Shown one piece after another: positions 9,669 through 18,934 of a stretch of DNA of 55,866 nt. Under the pieces are notes generated by a model. The model worked only from the letters and a program-made list of their open reading frames with translations, did no database searches and was not told the origin of the DNA. Every line of letters starts with the position of its first letter. Within the stretch, counting starts at the first letter, position 1. The DNA is taken from NCBI GenBank assembly GCA_963541565.1, contig CAUTUJ010000001.1:1-55866 (forward strand), read 5' to 3'. Position numbers and translations under genes: made by a program. This DNA comes from an uncultured Acholeplasmataceae bacterium. GTDB taxonomy: Bacteria; Bacillota_I; Bacilli_A; Acholeplasmatales; Acholeplasmataceae.

Positions 9669-10247
9669 ATGATTAACTATAATGACTACGAACTCATTTA
9701 TTTAGTTCAGTGTCATTATGACCAAACCAGTTTAAAAATCATTTTTGACAAATACAAAGCCTTTATCTACAAAGTAGCCTTAAGCAAACGCATCTACAGC
9801 CTGTCTTTAGAGGACTTGGTGCATCTTGGCTTAGTTTCACTTAAAACCGCCATTGAAAGTTACTCAGAACTTTTTAACAAAACCTTTATGCGTTTTTTTG
9901 AACTAATTTACTTAAGACGACTTTCAAGAGAACTTAAAAGCGCTTACAAAAAGGCACAACATATTACCAATATAGACCACGAAATAATCGATAATGTGCT
10001 TTTGGTAAGCGATAATATGGAACAGTATTCATACGAAAAAGAAAAACCTGAAGTTGCCGAAATTCAGTTTAAAAATAAAGATTTATCGCTAGTTTACTCG
10101 CTTACTTTAAAAGGTCTTAAACCAAGCGAAATCGCTAAACAAACGGGTTTTTTAATTAAAAGAGTTTATAATTTGCTGGCTAGAATTCGCCAAGGAATTA
10201 AAAATTCAGGTACAAGAGTTTTAAAACAAAAAATCGTGAGGTTATGA
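9669..10247 (+). CDS. Alternative sigma-70-family factor, SigH-like
   Basis: 192 aa. Region 2-like KYKAFIYKVA...EDLVHLGLVSLKTAIESY and region 4-like HTH LKPSEIAKQTGFLIKRVYNLLARIR are present. The synteny matches Bacillus sigH. Confidence 0.7.
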   Translation: MINYNDYELIYLVQCHYDQTSLKIIFDKYKAFIYKVALSKRIYSLSLEDLVHLGLVSLKTAIESYSELFNKTFMRFFELIYLRRLSRELKSAYKKAQHITNIDHEIIDNVLLVSDNMEQYSYEKEKPEVAEIQFKNKDLSLVYSLTLKGLKPSEIAKQTGFLIKRVYNLLARIRQGIKNSGTRVLKQKIVRL

Positions 10248-10248
10248 A

Positions 10249-10995
10249 ATGAACATACTCAAAATAAAAAATTATTCAGTTTCGATTGAAGATAAACAAA
10301 TTCTTAAAAACATTTCTCTAGAAGTTAAAAGCGGAGAAGTGCATGTAATTATGGGACCAAACGGAACTGGAAAATCTACACTTTTAACTTCCTTAATGGG
10401 GCATCCTTTATATACCATTGAAAGCGGAGAAGTTTATTTAAATCAACAAAACATACTTGAAATGCCCACAGACGAGCGCAGTCGTTCTGGGCTTTTTTTG
10501 GCGTTTCAAACTCCTACCGAAATACCTGGTGTTAAAAATGTAGATATTTTAAGAGAAGTTGTTCTACAAAAAACTAAAAAAGACTTTAAACTATTTGACT
10601 TCATCACTGAAGTTGAGAAAGCCACAGAAGAACTAGGACTAGGAAAAGAGTTTGTGTTTAGAGAAGCAAATGTTGGGTTTTCAGGTGGTGAGAAAAAACG
10701 TAATGAAATTATTCAGCTAAAAGTCTTAAAACCTAAGTTTGCACTGCTTGATGAAATAGATTCAGGTCTTGATGTAGATGCTTTAGAATGTGTCGGTAAG
10801 GCGGTTTTAGAAGAAGTTAAAACTAACAATTTGGGTGTGATTATCGTTACTCACTACGAGCGTATTTTAAAACACATTAAACCAGACTTTGTTCACGTTT
10901 TACTTAATGGCAAAATTGTTAAGACAGGTGACGCTACCTTAATTGAAAAAATTAACAAAGAAGGCTACGCTTGGTTAAATGAAAAGCATAGATAA
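10249..10995 (+). CDS. sufC: Fe-S cluster assembly ATPase SufC
   Basis: Walker A GPNGTGKST, ABC signature FSGGEKKR and Walker B LLDEIDSGLD are present. Confidence 0.95.
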   Translation: MNILKIKNYSVSIEDKQILKNISLEVKSGEVHVIMGPNGTGKSTLLTSLMGHPLYTIESGEVYLNQQNILEMPTDERSRSGLFLAFQTPTEIPGVKNVDILREVVLQKTKKDFKLFDFITEVEKATEELGLGKEFVFREANVGFSGGEKKRNEIIQLKVLKPKFALLDEIDSGLDVDALECVGKAVLEEVKTNNLGVIIVTHYERILKHIKPDFVHVLLNGKIVKTGDATLIEKINKEGYAWLNEKHR

Positions 10996-11701
10996 TTTAA
11001 AAAAAGTTAAAACTGTTTTTAACAGTCCATTTAGATTTAAACATCTTGAAATTAAAGACGTTTCTTTTGTTGAACTAGAATTTGGTGCTAATTTAACTGG
11101 AACTGTGTTTATTGAATTAAAAAGCACAGGAAATCTAGATTTTGTTGTTAATTTAGCTGAAAAAGCAGATATTTTAATTCATTTGTTTTTAGTTTCAGAT
11201 AGCCTAAAAACAAAAATCAATCTAAATACTGCTGGCATAAAATCAAAACTACAGTTTAATTTGCTAACTGTTACAAATAAAACACAATCTGTGGATGTTG
11301 ATTTAACTGCAACTAACCGAGCAAAAAACTCAGAAATTTACACATCTGGTTTAGCAGTTGCAACTCAAGAATCGTATGTTAGGCTAAATTACGTTGGCCA
11401 GATTGAAAACAAAATGTCTAAATCTAAACACTTTGAGAAACTAAAAGGCTTTATTAAAGACAGCGCAAAAATGGAATTAAATCCCATTCTTGAAATTAAA
11501 GAGTTTGATGTAGAAGCTGGGCATTCTGCGGCGAGCGGTAACATTAACGCCGATACTTTATTTTACTTAAACTCTAGAGGAATTGATAAAAGCACTGCTG
11601 AAAGAATTATCTTAAATGGGTTTGTTGAGCCTTTTTTCAATATTATACCAGATGAAAAAATACAAAAAAATTATCTAAATGGGTTGAGTGATAAATTATG
11701 A
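10979..11701 (+). CDS. sufD: Fe-S cluster assembly protein SufD (short form, 240 aa)
   Basis: C-terminal pattern EAGHSAASGNINADTLFYLNSRGIDKSTAERIILNGF, located between sufC and sufS. Confidence 0.85.
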   Translation: MKSIDNLKKVKTVFNSPFRFKHLEIKDVSFVELEFGANLTGTVFIELKSTGNLDFVVNLAEKADILIHLFLVSDSLKTKINLNTAGIKSKLQFNLLTVTNKTQSVDVDLTATNRAKNSEIYTSGLAVATQESYVRLNYVGQIENKMSKSKHFEKLKGFIKDSAKMELNPILEIKEFDVEAGHSAASGNINADTLFYLNSRGIDKSTAERIILNGFVEPFFNIIPDEKIQKNYLNGLSDKL

Positions 11702-12915
11702 GATCGGTAAGAAAATATTTTCCGTTTTTTAAAAACAATCCTGGCTATGTTTATCTTGACACAGCCGCAACTGCACTTAAACTAAACAAACAAATTAAGG
11801 CAGAAAATGAATTTTTAAAAAAGAACGGTACTAATGTGTTTAGAGGTGCATACTTGCATGGTTTTACTGCGACTGAACTTTATCTTGAAAGCAAAAAAAC
11901 AGTTGCTGAATTTTTGAATTGTTCAGATAAAGAAATCATCTACACAAAAGGTAGTACAAATGGGCTTAATTTAATTGCAAACTCTATAGCAAATTTTATT
12001 AAAAAAAATGATGATTTTCTAACATCTACTTTGGAACACAATGCTAATTTTTTGCCTTTTTTTGAACAAAGCAAAAAAGTCGGTTTTAAAATTAAATACA
12101 TAGAACTTAACGAAAATAACCAAATTACAGTTGATAACTTTAAAAAAGCACTAACTGAAAAAACCAAAGTAGTTTCACTTACCTATATTTCAAATGTTTT
12201 TGGTTATGTCACTCCAATTAGAGAAATTGCAAAGATTTGCAGTGAAAAAGGTATTATTTTAATTGTAGACGCCGCACAGGCTGCTTCAAGAATTAAGATA
12301 GATATGCAAGCACTAAATTGTGATTTTTTGGTATTTTCAGCCCACAAAACTTACGGGCCAAATGGTCTTGGCATACTTGCTGGTAAATTAAATAGCTTAA
12401 AAAAACTAAATGCTTTTGAGTATGGTGGACAAATGGTGGAAAGTATTGATGAAAAAGAAATCATTTACAATCCCGCTCCTGCTAATTTGGAAGCAGGAAC
12501 CCCAGCAATCAGCCAAGCAATTTCTTTTAAAGAAAGTTTAAAGTTTTTAATGGAAATTGGTATGCAAAATGTAGAAAAGCACGAAAAAGAACTTGCAATC
12601 CTTACTTACAATGAACTTAGTAAAATTAACGAAGTTAAATTGTACACCAAAGTGCCTGAAAGTGGAATTATTTCTTTTAATATCGTGGGTGTGCATCCAC
12701 ACGATGCTTTAACTTTTTACGATCAAGAAAAAATTTGTCTAAGAGCAGGACAACATTGCTCAGGTTTAGCATTTACAAATTTAGATGTAGAAAGTGCGCT
12801 TCGAGTATCTTTTGGAATTTATAATAATAAAAAAGATGTGCGCAGTTTTATTTCTGTGACTAAGAAACTAATTGAATTTTTCAAAGGAGTTCAAAATGAG
12901 CGTCCAACTAAATAA
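11698..12915 (+). CDS. sufS: Cysteine desulfurase SufS
   Basis: 405-aa class V aminotransferase pattern (FSAHKTYGP with the PLP lysine, RAGQHCS). Confidence 0.93.
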   Translation: MRSVRKYFPFFKNNPGYVYLDTAATALKLNKQIKAENEFLKKNGTNVFRGAYLHGFTATELYLESKKTVAEFLNCSDKEIIYTKGSTNGLNLIANSIANFIKKNDDFLTSTLEHNANFLPFFEQSKKVGFKIKYIELNENNQITVDNFKKALTEKTKVVSLTYISNVFGYVTPIREIAKICSEKGIILIVDAAQAASRIKIDMQALNCDFLVFSAHKTYGPNGLGILAGKLNSLKKLNAFEYGGQMVESIDEKEIIYNPAPANLEAGTPAISQAISFKESLKFLMEIGMQNVEKHEKELAILTYNELSKINEVKLYTKVPESGIISFNIVGVHPHDALTFYDQEKICLRAGQHCSGLAFTNLDVESALRVSFGIYNNKKDVRSFISVTKKLIEFFKGVQNERPTK

Positions 12916-13327
12916 TTTATACAGAGAAGTTATAATGTTTCACTCAAGCAATCCTTACAATAAAGGGCTTGAAAAAAACTCGGAGGCAAAATACTTAAAA
13001 TTGGTAAACTCAAGTTGTGGCGATGTTGCAGAAATTGAAGTTATGATAAAAGACAGCAAAATAACTTCTGTTAGACATCTTTCAAAAGGTTGCTCAATTT
13101 CTTGTGCTGCGGCATCTGTGCTTTGCAAAACTATTGAAAATATTGAAGTTAAAGACGCTAAAGAAATAATTTCTACTTATTTTAAAATCGTTAAAGGAGA
13201 AGAGATTTCACCGGGTTTTGCAAACAGTGAGCTGATTGCTTTTTCTGGAGTCAAAGCGTTTCCAGCAAGAGTAAGATGTGCAACGCTTGCTTGGAAAGCA
13301 CTTGAAGAAATCTTAAATACCTTATGA
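12896..13327 (+). CDS. sufU: SufU/IscU-like sulfur-transfer scaffold protein
   Basis: Cys motifs NSSCGD, KGCSISCAA and RVRCATLAW are present. ATG 12896 is preceded by AAAGGAG. The track start at 12872 is less likely. Confidence 0.9.
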   Translation: MSVQLNNLYREVIMFHSSNPYNKGLEKNSEAKYLKLVNSSCGDVAEIEVMIKDSKITSVRHLSKGCSISCAAASVLCKTIENIEVKDAKEIISTYFKIVKGEEISPGFANSELIAFSGVKAFPARVRCATLAWKALEEILNTL

Positions 13328-14757
13328 AAAAAAGAGAAATTAAAAATAAAGAAGTTCTTAATAACTTAAAAGATACAGCAATAAATCAAGACTATGAACT
13401 TGGTTTTCATGTAGAGACAAAACCTGAAATCAATCTTGGAAAAGGGCTTAATAAAGAGATAATCAAAAAAATATCTAAATCTAAAAATGAACCTAGTTGG
13501 ATGCTTGAACTCAGACTAAAGGCGTTTGAAAAGTTTTTAGAACTAACCAATCCTAAGTGGGGTCCTGACTTAAATTTTATTGATTTCCAAGATTTTAAAT
13601 ACTATATTAAATCAAGTAAGTTGACTAATTCCTGGGATGAAGTGCCACTTGAAATTAAAACTGTGTTTGAAAAAATTGGTATACCTGAGGCTGAACGTAG
13701 TTATTTAGCAGGTGTAACTACTCAATTTGAGTCAGAAGCGGTTTACCTTAAAATTAAAAAAGAACTTGAAGCAAAAGGTGTGATTTATTTAGATACAGAT
13801 ACAGGCTTACGTTTGTTTCCAGAAATCTTTAAAGAGTATTTTGGCAAAATTATTAAATATGACGACAACAAATATGCTGCTTTAAACACTGCAGTTTGGA
13901 GTGGAGGTTCTTTTATTTATGTTCCAAAAAACGTTGAAATCAAGGAACCGCTGCAATCTTATTTTCGTATGAATGAGAGCGGGTTTGGACAATTTGAACG
14001 TACTTTGATAATTTGTGAAGACTATAGCTACTTAAACTACGTAGAAGGTTGTACGGCACCGCTTTACTCAAAAGATTCGCTGCACGCTGCGGTTGTTGAA
14101 ATTTTTGTAAAACTAAACGCCAAATGTAGATATACAACAATTCAAAACTGGTCAAAAAACATCTTAAACTTAGTTACTCAAAGAGCGTATGTTGAAAGTT
14201 TCGGTGAAATGGAATGGATTGATGGCAATATGGGTTCACGTATCAACATGAAATACCCATCAACTATTTTAGCGGGACCTTATGCTAAAGGAAAGGCTTT
14301 ATCTATCGCTATTGCCAGTGAAGGTCAAGACCAGGACACTGGTGCAAAAATGATACACTTAGCGCCAAACACTTCTTCAACTATAGTTTCTAAAAGTGTT
14401 GCAAAAAACGGTGGGATTGTTGATTATCGTGGGAAAGTTTACTTTTCTAAAAAAGCACACTCTGCTTTTTCTCACATTGAATGTGACACTATTTTAATGG
14501 ACGAAGTTTCAAAATCAGACACTACTCCAATTAACATTGTTAATAACTCAGACTCTTTTTTAGAACACGAAGCAAAGGTTTCTAAAATTAGCGAAGAACA
14601 ATTGTTTTATTTAATGTCTCGTGGAATTGATGAAAAGAAAGCAACTGAACTTATCATTATGGGCTTTATTGACCCATTTTCCAAAGAATTGCCGATGGAG
14701 TACAGCGTTGAGTTAAACAAGCTAATTAAACTAGAAATGAAGGGTTCTATTGGTTGA
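13324..14757 (+). CDS. sufB: Fe-S cluster assembly protein SufB
   Basis: 477 aa with the SufB pattern throughout. The stop is TGA. Confidence 0.95.
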   Translation: MKKREIKNKEVLNNLKDTAINQDYELGFHVETKPEINLGKGLNKEIIKKISKSKNEPSWMLELRLKAFEKFLELTNPKWGPDLNFIDFQDFKYYIKSSKLTNSWDEVPLEIKTVFEKIGIPEAERSYLAGVTTQFESEAVYLKIKKELEAKGVIYLDTDTGLRLFPEIFKEYFGKIIKYDDNKYAALNTAVWSGGSFIYVPKNVEIKEPLQSYFRMNESGFGQFERTLIICEDYSYLNYVEGCTAPLYSKDSLHAAVVEIFVKLNAKCRYTTIQNWSKNILNLVTQRAYVESFGEMEWIDGNMGSRINMKYPSTILAGPYAKGKALSIAIASEGQDQDTGAKMIHLAPNTSSTIVSKSVAKNGGIVDYRGKVYFSKKAHSAFSHIECDTILMDEVSKSDTTPINIVNNSDSFLEHEAKVSKISEEQLFYLMSRGIDEKKATELIIMGFIDPFSKELPMEYSVELNKLIKLEMKGSIG

Positions 14758-15173
14758 TGTATAAATATACTAAAAATGTTAAAAATTCGCTTTATGTATA
14801 TAAACTAGGCCAAGTTCCTGAACAACTTTTTATCACAAATAAAAAGTTTATAGATAGTTTACTTCAAAATAATTTAACAAATTATTCAGGATATAAAAAA
14901 GCAGTTGATAGAAAGTTTAAACTTAGCAGGCTGACACCTGTTTATTTAAATTCAAAAGCTTGTTTTATTCAAACAAAGCAAATCAATAAATATGATTGCC
15001 AGTTGATAAACATCAAAGCAATCAAAGAAATAAAAGATTGTGTAAAAGAAAGCGAAATTACGTTTTTAGACGACACTGTTATATCTATTCCGATATGCAA
15101 AAATACTGTCCTTAAAAAAATAAAATTAGCAGAAGAAATAGAATTCTTTTTGAAAAATAAAAAAGGTGATTAA
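14757..15173 (+). CDS. Small ComK-like protein (tentative), otherwise hypothetical
   Basis: By-eye alignment to the B. subtilis ComK core: NYSGYKK~SYAGRK, DCQLINIKAIKEIK~QCGWISHVHVKEFK, SEITFLDDTVISIPI~TEVTFSNGKTMELPI. The ATG overlaps the sufB TGA (TGATG). Confidence 0.4.
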   Translation: MYKYTKNVKNSLYVYKLGQVPEQLFITNKKFIDSLLQNNLTNYSGYKKAVDRKFKLSRLTPVYLNSKACFIQTKQINKYDCQLINIKAIKEIKDCVKESEITFLDDTVISIPICKNTVLKKIKLAEEIEFFLKNKKGD

Positions 15174-15193
15174 AATTTAATCACCTTTTTTAT
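15160..15193 (+). terminator. Rho-independent terminator ending the suf transcription unit
   Basis: AAAAGGTGATTAAA / TTTAATCACCTTTT hairpin with a T-run. Confidence 0.75.
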
Positions 15194-15330
15194 CTTACTA
15201 AAGAGCCTAGTTAAACGATAATATAAGCGAAGTAGATGAAATAAAATTTTTTAAATATGGTAAGTTTTTAAAAACTAAAATTGTCAAATAGTAGTGACCT
15301 TCTCAGAATACAAATTTATTTGCTGAATCT

Positions 15331-16551
15331 TTAAACAGACCATATTGGAACAATTAAGGTGTTTTCATCCAACATTGACACTTTGTCACTTACACAAATT
15401 ATTGCAGCTTTTTTAATTTCGATTTTTTGTTTTCTAAGATGAAAAATACCTTTTAACATATGTGTGTTGGGGTGGCTAGTTTTTTTAATTTCGATAGCGT
15501 ATATAGAATTATCACAATCTAAAATCAAATCGACTTCTTTTTGTTCTTTATCGCGATAATAGTAAAGATTAAAAGGTTCAGCTAAATTAAAATATGAACA
15601 CCTGATTTGATTAATAACATAGTTTTCTAATATTGCACCGCTTATAGAACTATCTCTTAAAATTTCGGGTGAATGGTGACTGGTAAGATAAGAAACCACG
15701 CCAGTATCAAAAAAATAAAGTTTTGGGGCTTTGATGGTTCTTTTTAATAATTTATTTGAATATGGGTGTAGTAAATAAATAATTTGTGACTTTTCAAGTA
15801 GGAATAACCATCTTTTTGCTGTATCATCAGAAATATCTACGTCCTGCGCAACTGAGTGGATATTTATCTCTTGTCCAATTCGACACGCAACCGCTTTGAT
15901 GAAATTTCTGAATTTAAAATTATCCTTTATGCTCATTTCATCTTTTATATCTCTATACAAATAAGTTTCAATATAACTTTCAAAAAATATTTTTCTGTCT
16001 GTTATTTTTTTGCTAACGATCGCTGGTAAACCACCATAGAAAATACGTGTAAACGTTTCATTTATATCAGCCTTTTTAAGCAAAATAGACTTGTTATTAA
16101 GTTTTGAAAAATCTAATTCAAACTTGTTCAATTTTGCATTATTAAACGCTTCGTTTTGTGTCAATCCAGTCATTTTAAGTATGGCAACCCTACCCGCAAG
16201 AGACTCTTGCGCAAGCTTCATTAGTGCGAAAGATTGCGATCCAGTTAGCCAAAAACTGCCAGGTTTTGCACCGTTGTCAATCGCAATTTTTATATAACTA
16301 AAAAGTATAGGCGCATATTGAACTTCATCAATTAAAATAGGCGGGCTATAAATTTGTAAAAATAAAGCTGGGTCTTTTAAAGCAAGTTCCCTGTCTTGCA
16401 GATTGTCAAGAGTGACCTTTTTTCGCCCAGGATCTAGTTTCTCTAACATAGTAGTTTTTCCTACTTGTCTTGGACCCGTCACCAATAAACATGCGTATTG
16501 CTTGCTAATACTAATAATTTTTTCTTCTATATCTCTTTTGATATAAAACAT
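15331..16551 (-). CDS. AAA+ ATPase of the AAA_14/DUF4143 type (COG1373-like), paralogue 1
   Basis: Walker A GPRQVGKTT, Walker B ILIDEVQ, and C-terminal YYYRD..EVDLILD..AIEIKKT. ATG 16551 (MFYIKRD) lies 6 nt after AGGGGG. Confidence 0.8.
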   Translation of the reverse strand: MFYIKRDIEEKIISISKQYACLLVTGPRQVGKTTMLEKLDPGRKKVTLDNLQDRELALKDPALFLQIYSPPILIDEVQYAPILFSYIKIAIDNGAKPGSFWLTGSQSFALMKLAQESLAGRVAILKMTGLTQNEAFNNAKLNKFELDFSKLNNKSILLKKADINETFTRIFYGGLPAIVSKKITDRKIFFESYIETYLYRDIKDEMSIKDNFKFRNFIKAVACRIGQEINIHSVAQDVDISDDTAKRWLFLLEKSQIIYLLHPYSNKLLKRTIKAPKLYFFDTGVVSYLTSHHSPEILRDSSISGAILENYVINQIRCSYFNLAEPFNLYYYRDKEQKEVDLILDCDNSIYAIEIKKTSHPNTHMLKGIFHLRKQKIEIKKAAIICVSDKVSMLDENTLIVPIWSV

Positions 16552-16566
16552 ACACAACCCCCTATA

Positions 16567-16625
16567 CAATTATTGACCAAAATACGATACAATCTTATTT
16601 TAGTCAATAATTGAAACTTTGTCAA
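16567..16625 (-). promoter_or_regulatory. Promoter of paralogue 1 with an 11-bp inverted repeat
   Basis: On the minus strand, TTGACA (16625..16620), a 17-nt spacer, then TAAAAT (16602..16597). The IR CAATTATTGAC (16567..16577) / GTCAATAATTG (16603..16613) abuts the -10 and the leader. Confidence 0.55.
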
Positions 16626-16699
16626 TACTGTGCAAAGGCTTATCTAATTTAATGTTAGCGTGATATCCTTATTATGTAGATATACTTCAGAGGTAATGA

Positions 16700-16834
16700 A
16701 TGAAAAAGACAAATTTAATGTGCAGTCAATGCCTTCAGAGAAACTATCAAGTTGCAATTGGCAATAAAAGAATTGAAATCAAAAAATACTGTCCTAAATG
16801 CAACTCTCATACTTTGCATAAAGAAAATAAATGA
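16700..16834 (+). CDS. rpmG: 50S ribosomal protein L33 (44 aa, Zn-ribbon CxxC...CxxC form)
   Basis: Hand translation gives MKKTNLMCSQCLQRNYQVAIGNKRIEIKKYCPKCNSHTLHKENK. An AGAGG SD lies upstream. The TGA stop overlaps the ispG ATG (ATGA). It is absent from the ORF track because it is under 60 aa. Confidence 0.9.
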   Translation: MKKTNLMCSQCLQRNYQVAIGNKRIEIKKYCPKCNSHTLHKENK

Positions 16835-17874
16835 TTACAAAAAGAAATAAAACTACTCAGTTTAAGTGTGGTAGTTTACTAATGGGTGGAAATAACAATG
16901 TCTACATCCAATCTATGACTACTACCAAAACTAAAGATGTGGAAAACACTGTTAAACAGATAAAAGAATTAGAACAGGCAGGTTGCCAAATCATTAGAGT
17001 GGCAGTTTTAGACGAAGCAGACGCAAAATCTATTAAAGAAATTAAGAAACTAATCAATATTCCATTAGTTGCAGATATTCATTTTGACTATCGTCTGGCT
17101 TTAATTGCAATTGAAAACGGTGTTGATAAAATTAGAATTAACCCTGGAAACATTGTAAATAAAAAGCACATCAAAGAAATTGTGGATGCTTGCAAAGCAA
17201 AAGGAATTGGTATTAGAATTGGACTAAACTCAGGCTCCTTGCCAAATGCTTTGCCTGCAACTGCTGAAAACTTTATTAAAGTAATGAAAAAAGAAGTTGA
17301 AATGCTTGAAGAATTCGGTTTTAGCGATATTTGTCTATCTTTGAAAGCTACTTCTGTTTTAACTACTATTAAATGTTATGAACTTGCTGCAAAAACATTT
17401 AAATATCCACTGCACATCGGAGTCACTGAAGCAGGTACACTAATCGGCGGAACTGTTAAAAGTAGTTCTGCGCTTTCTGTACTTTTACTGAAAGGAATTG
17501 GCAACACTATACGTGTGTCTTTGACTGAAAATCCTGTTTTAGAAATTAAAGTTGCAAAAGAAATTCTTAAATGCTTGGGTCTAAAAAAAGATGGTGTTGA
17601 TTTTGTCAGCTGCCCAACATGTGGGCGTTTAGAATACGATATGGAAGACATTGCTAAACGAGTTGAAAGTTTTTGCGATACTTTAGATAAAAAGATAAAA
17701 GTTGCTGTTATGGGTTGTACTGTTAATGGTCCTGGTGAAGCAAGGGATTCAGATATCGGGATATGCGGAAACAAAGACAGTGTTTTAATTTTTAAGAAAG
17801 GCAAAGTCTTTAAAAAAATAAGACCAGAGGATGCTTATTTAGAACTCACTAAAATTATTAAAAATGATTTTTAG
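16831..17874 (+). CDS. ispG: 4-hydroxy-3-methylbut-2-en-1-yl diphosphate synthase (MEP pathway)
   Basis: 347-aa GcpE pattern with C-terminal Fe-S cysteines (SCPTCGR ... MGCTVNGPGE). Confidence 0.93.
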   Translation: MITKRNKTTQFKCGSLLMGGNNNVYIQSMTTTKTKDVENTVKQIKELEQAGCQIIRVAVLDEADAKSIKEIKKLINIPLVADIHFDYRLALIAIENGVDKIRINPGNIVNKKHIKEIVDACKAKGIGIRIGLNSGSLPNALPATAENFIKVMKKEVEMLEEFGFSDICLSLKATSVLTTIKCYELAAKTFKYPLHIGVTEAGTLIGGTVKSSSALSVLLLKGIGNTIRVSLTENPVLEIKVAKEILKCLGLKKDGVDFVSCPTCGRLEYDMEDIAKRVESFCDTLDKKIKVAVMGCTVNGPGEARDSDIGICGNKDSVLIFKKGKVFKKIRPEDAYLELTKIIKNDF

Positions 17875-17882
17875 TGTGCAAT

Positions 17883-17913
17883 AAAAAAAAGAGACATTAA
17901 GTGTCTCTTTTTT
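17883..17913. terminator. Bidirectional terminator between the convergent ispG and trpS
   Basis: A-run, AGAGACA / TGTCTCT stem with a 5-nt loop, then a T-run. Confidence 0.8.
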
Positions 17914-18934
17914 AATATCCTAAACCGACTGCTTTTTTAGCCTTAGTGTAGTTTTCTTTTGCAAGTTTTTCAGCGAATTTTTTGCCACTTTCTAGAGTTT
18001 CAATTAACTCTTTTGAGTTAACTAGTTTTACTATTTTTTCGCCCAACGGAACGATTTCCTGGACTAAAACATCAGCTAAATCCAGTTTAAATTGAGCATA
18101 ATTTAAAGAGTCTTTATATTTCTCTTCAATATCTTTAATAGACTGGCCAGTAACTCCAGCATAAATGTTTAATAAATTAGAAATTGCGGGTTTTTTATCT
18201 AAATCAAAGTAAATTTTCGCTTCTGAGTCTGTTACAGCAGACTTAATTTTTTTGATAATAACTTCTTTTGTGTCTGAGAGTAAAATGTAGGATTTAGGGT
18301 TTTCAGAGCTCTTAGACATTTTTGTAAAAGGGTCTTGTAAGGACATTATACGGCGTGTGTGTTTATTGATTTCATATTTAGGTATTTTAAAAGTTTCGCC
18401 GTATAGTTTATTAAAACGATGAGCAAGAGTCTCAGTTAACTCCATGTGCTGTTTTTGGTCTTCACCAATTGGTACAATGTCTGCGTTGTAAAGCAAGATG
18501 TCTGCCGCCATTAGAGCAGGATAGGTAAACAATGAACTTCTAATATTTTTAGAGTTAGCAGACTTTTCTTTAAATTGAATCATTCTACTAAGCTCTCCAA
18601 AATAAGCAGTGGACTCCATTAAAAATCCAAGTGCTGCGTGTTCATTAATTTCAGATTGCACAAAAATATGAGTACGGTTTTTGTCAAAACCTAGTGCAGA
18701 GTAACATGCTGCAATTCTTAAAATATTTTCTCTCAGTTCTTTTGGGTCAATTGGCAAAGTAGTGGCGTGTAAGTCTGCAATAAAAATCAAAAGTTCTGAG
18801 TCTGGATTCGCCTTAACAACCGCTTTTAGATTTTTTAAAGCACCTAAATAATTGCCAAGAGTTAGACTTCCTGTTGGTTTGATTGCAGTTAATATTATTT
18901 TTCTATTTTTGTCCATATGAATATCCTTTGACAA
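17912..18934 (-). CDS. trpS: Tryptophan--tRNA ligase
   Basis: Class I pattern (TGSLTLGNYLGA, KMSKS). The alternative start ATG 18916 (MDKNRK) has an AAAGGA SD and may be the true start. Confidence 0.93.
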   Translation of the reverse strand: MSKDIHMDKNRKIILTAIKPTGSLTLGNYLGALKNLKAVVKANPDSELLIFIADLHATTLPIDPKELRENILRIAACYSALGFDKNRTHIFVQSEINEHAALGFLMESTAYFGELSRMIQFKEKSANSKNIRSSLFTYPALMAADILLYNADIVPIGEDQKQHMELTETLAHRFNKLYGETFKIPKYEINKHTRRIMSLQDPFTKMSKSSENPKSYILLSDTKEVIIKKIKSAVTDSEAKIYFDLDKKPAISNLLNIYAGVTGQSIKDIEEKYKDSLNYAQFKLDLADVLVQEIVPLGEKIVKLVNSKELIETLESGKKFAEKLAKENYTKAKKAVGLGY

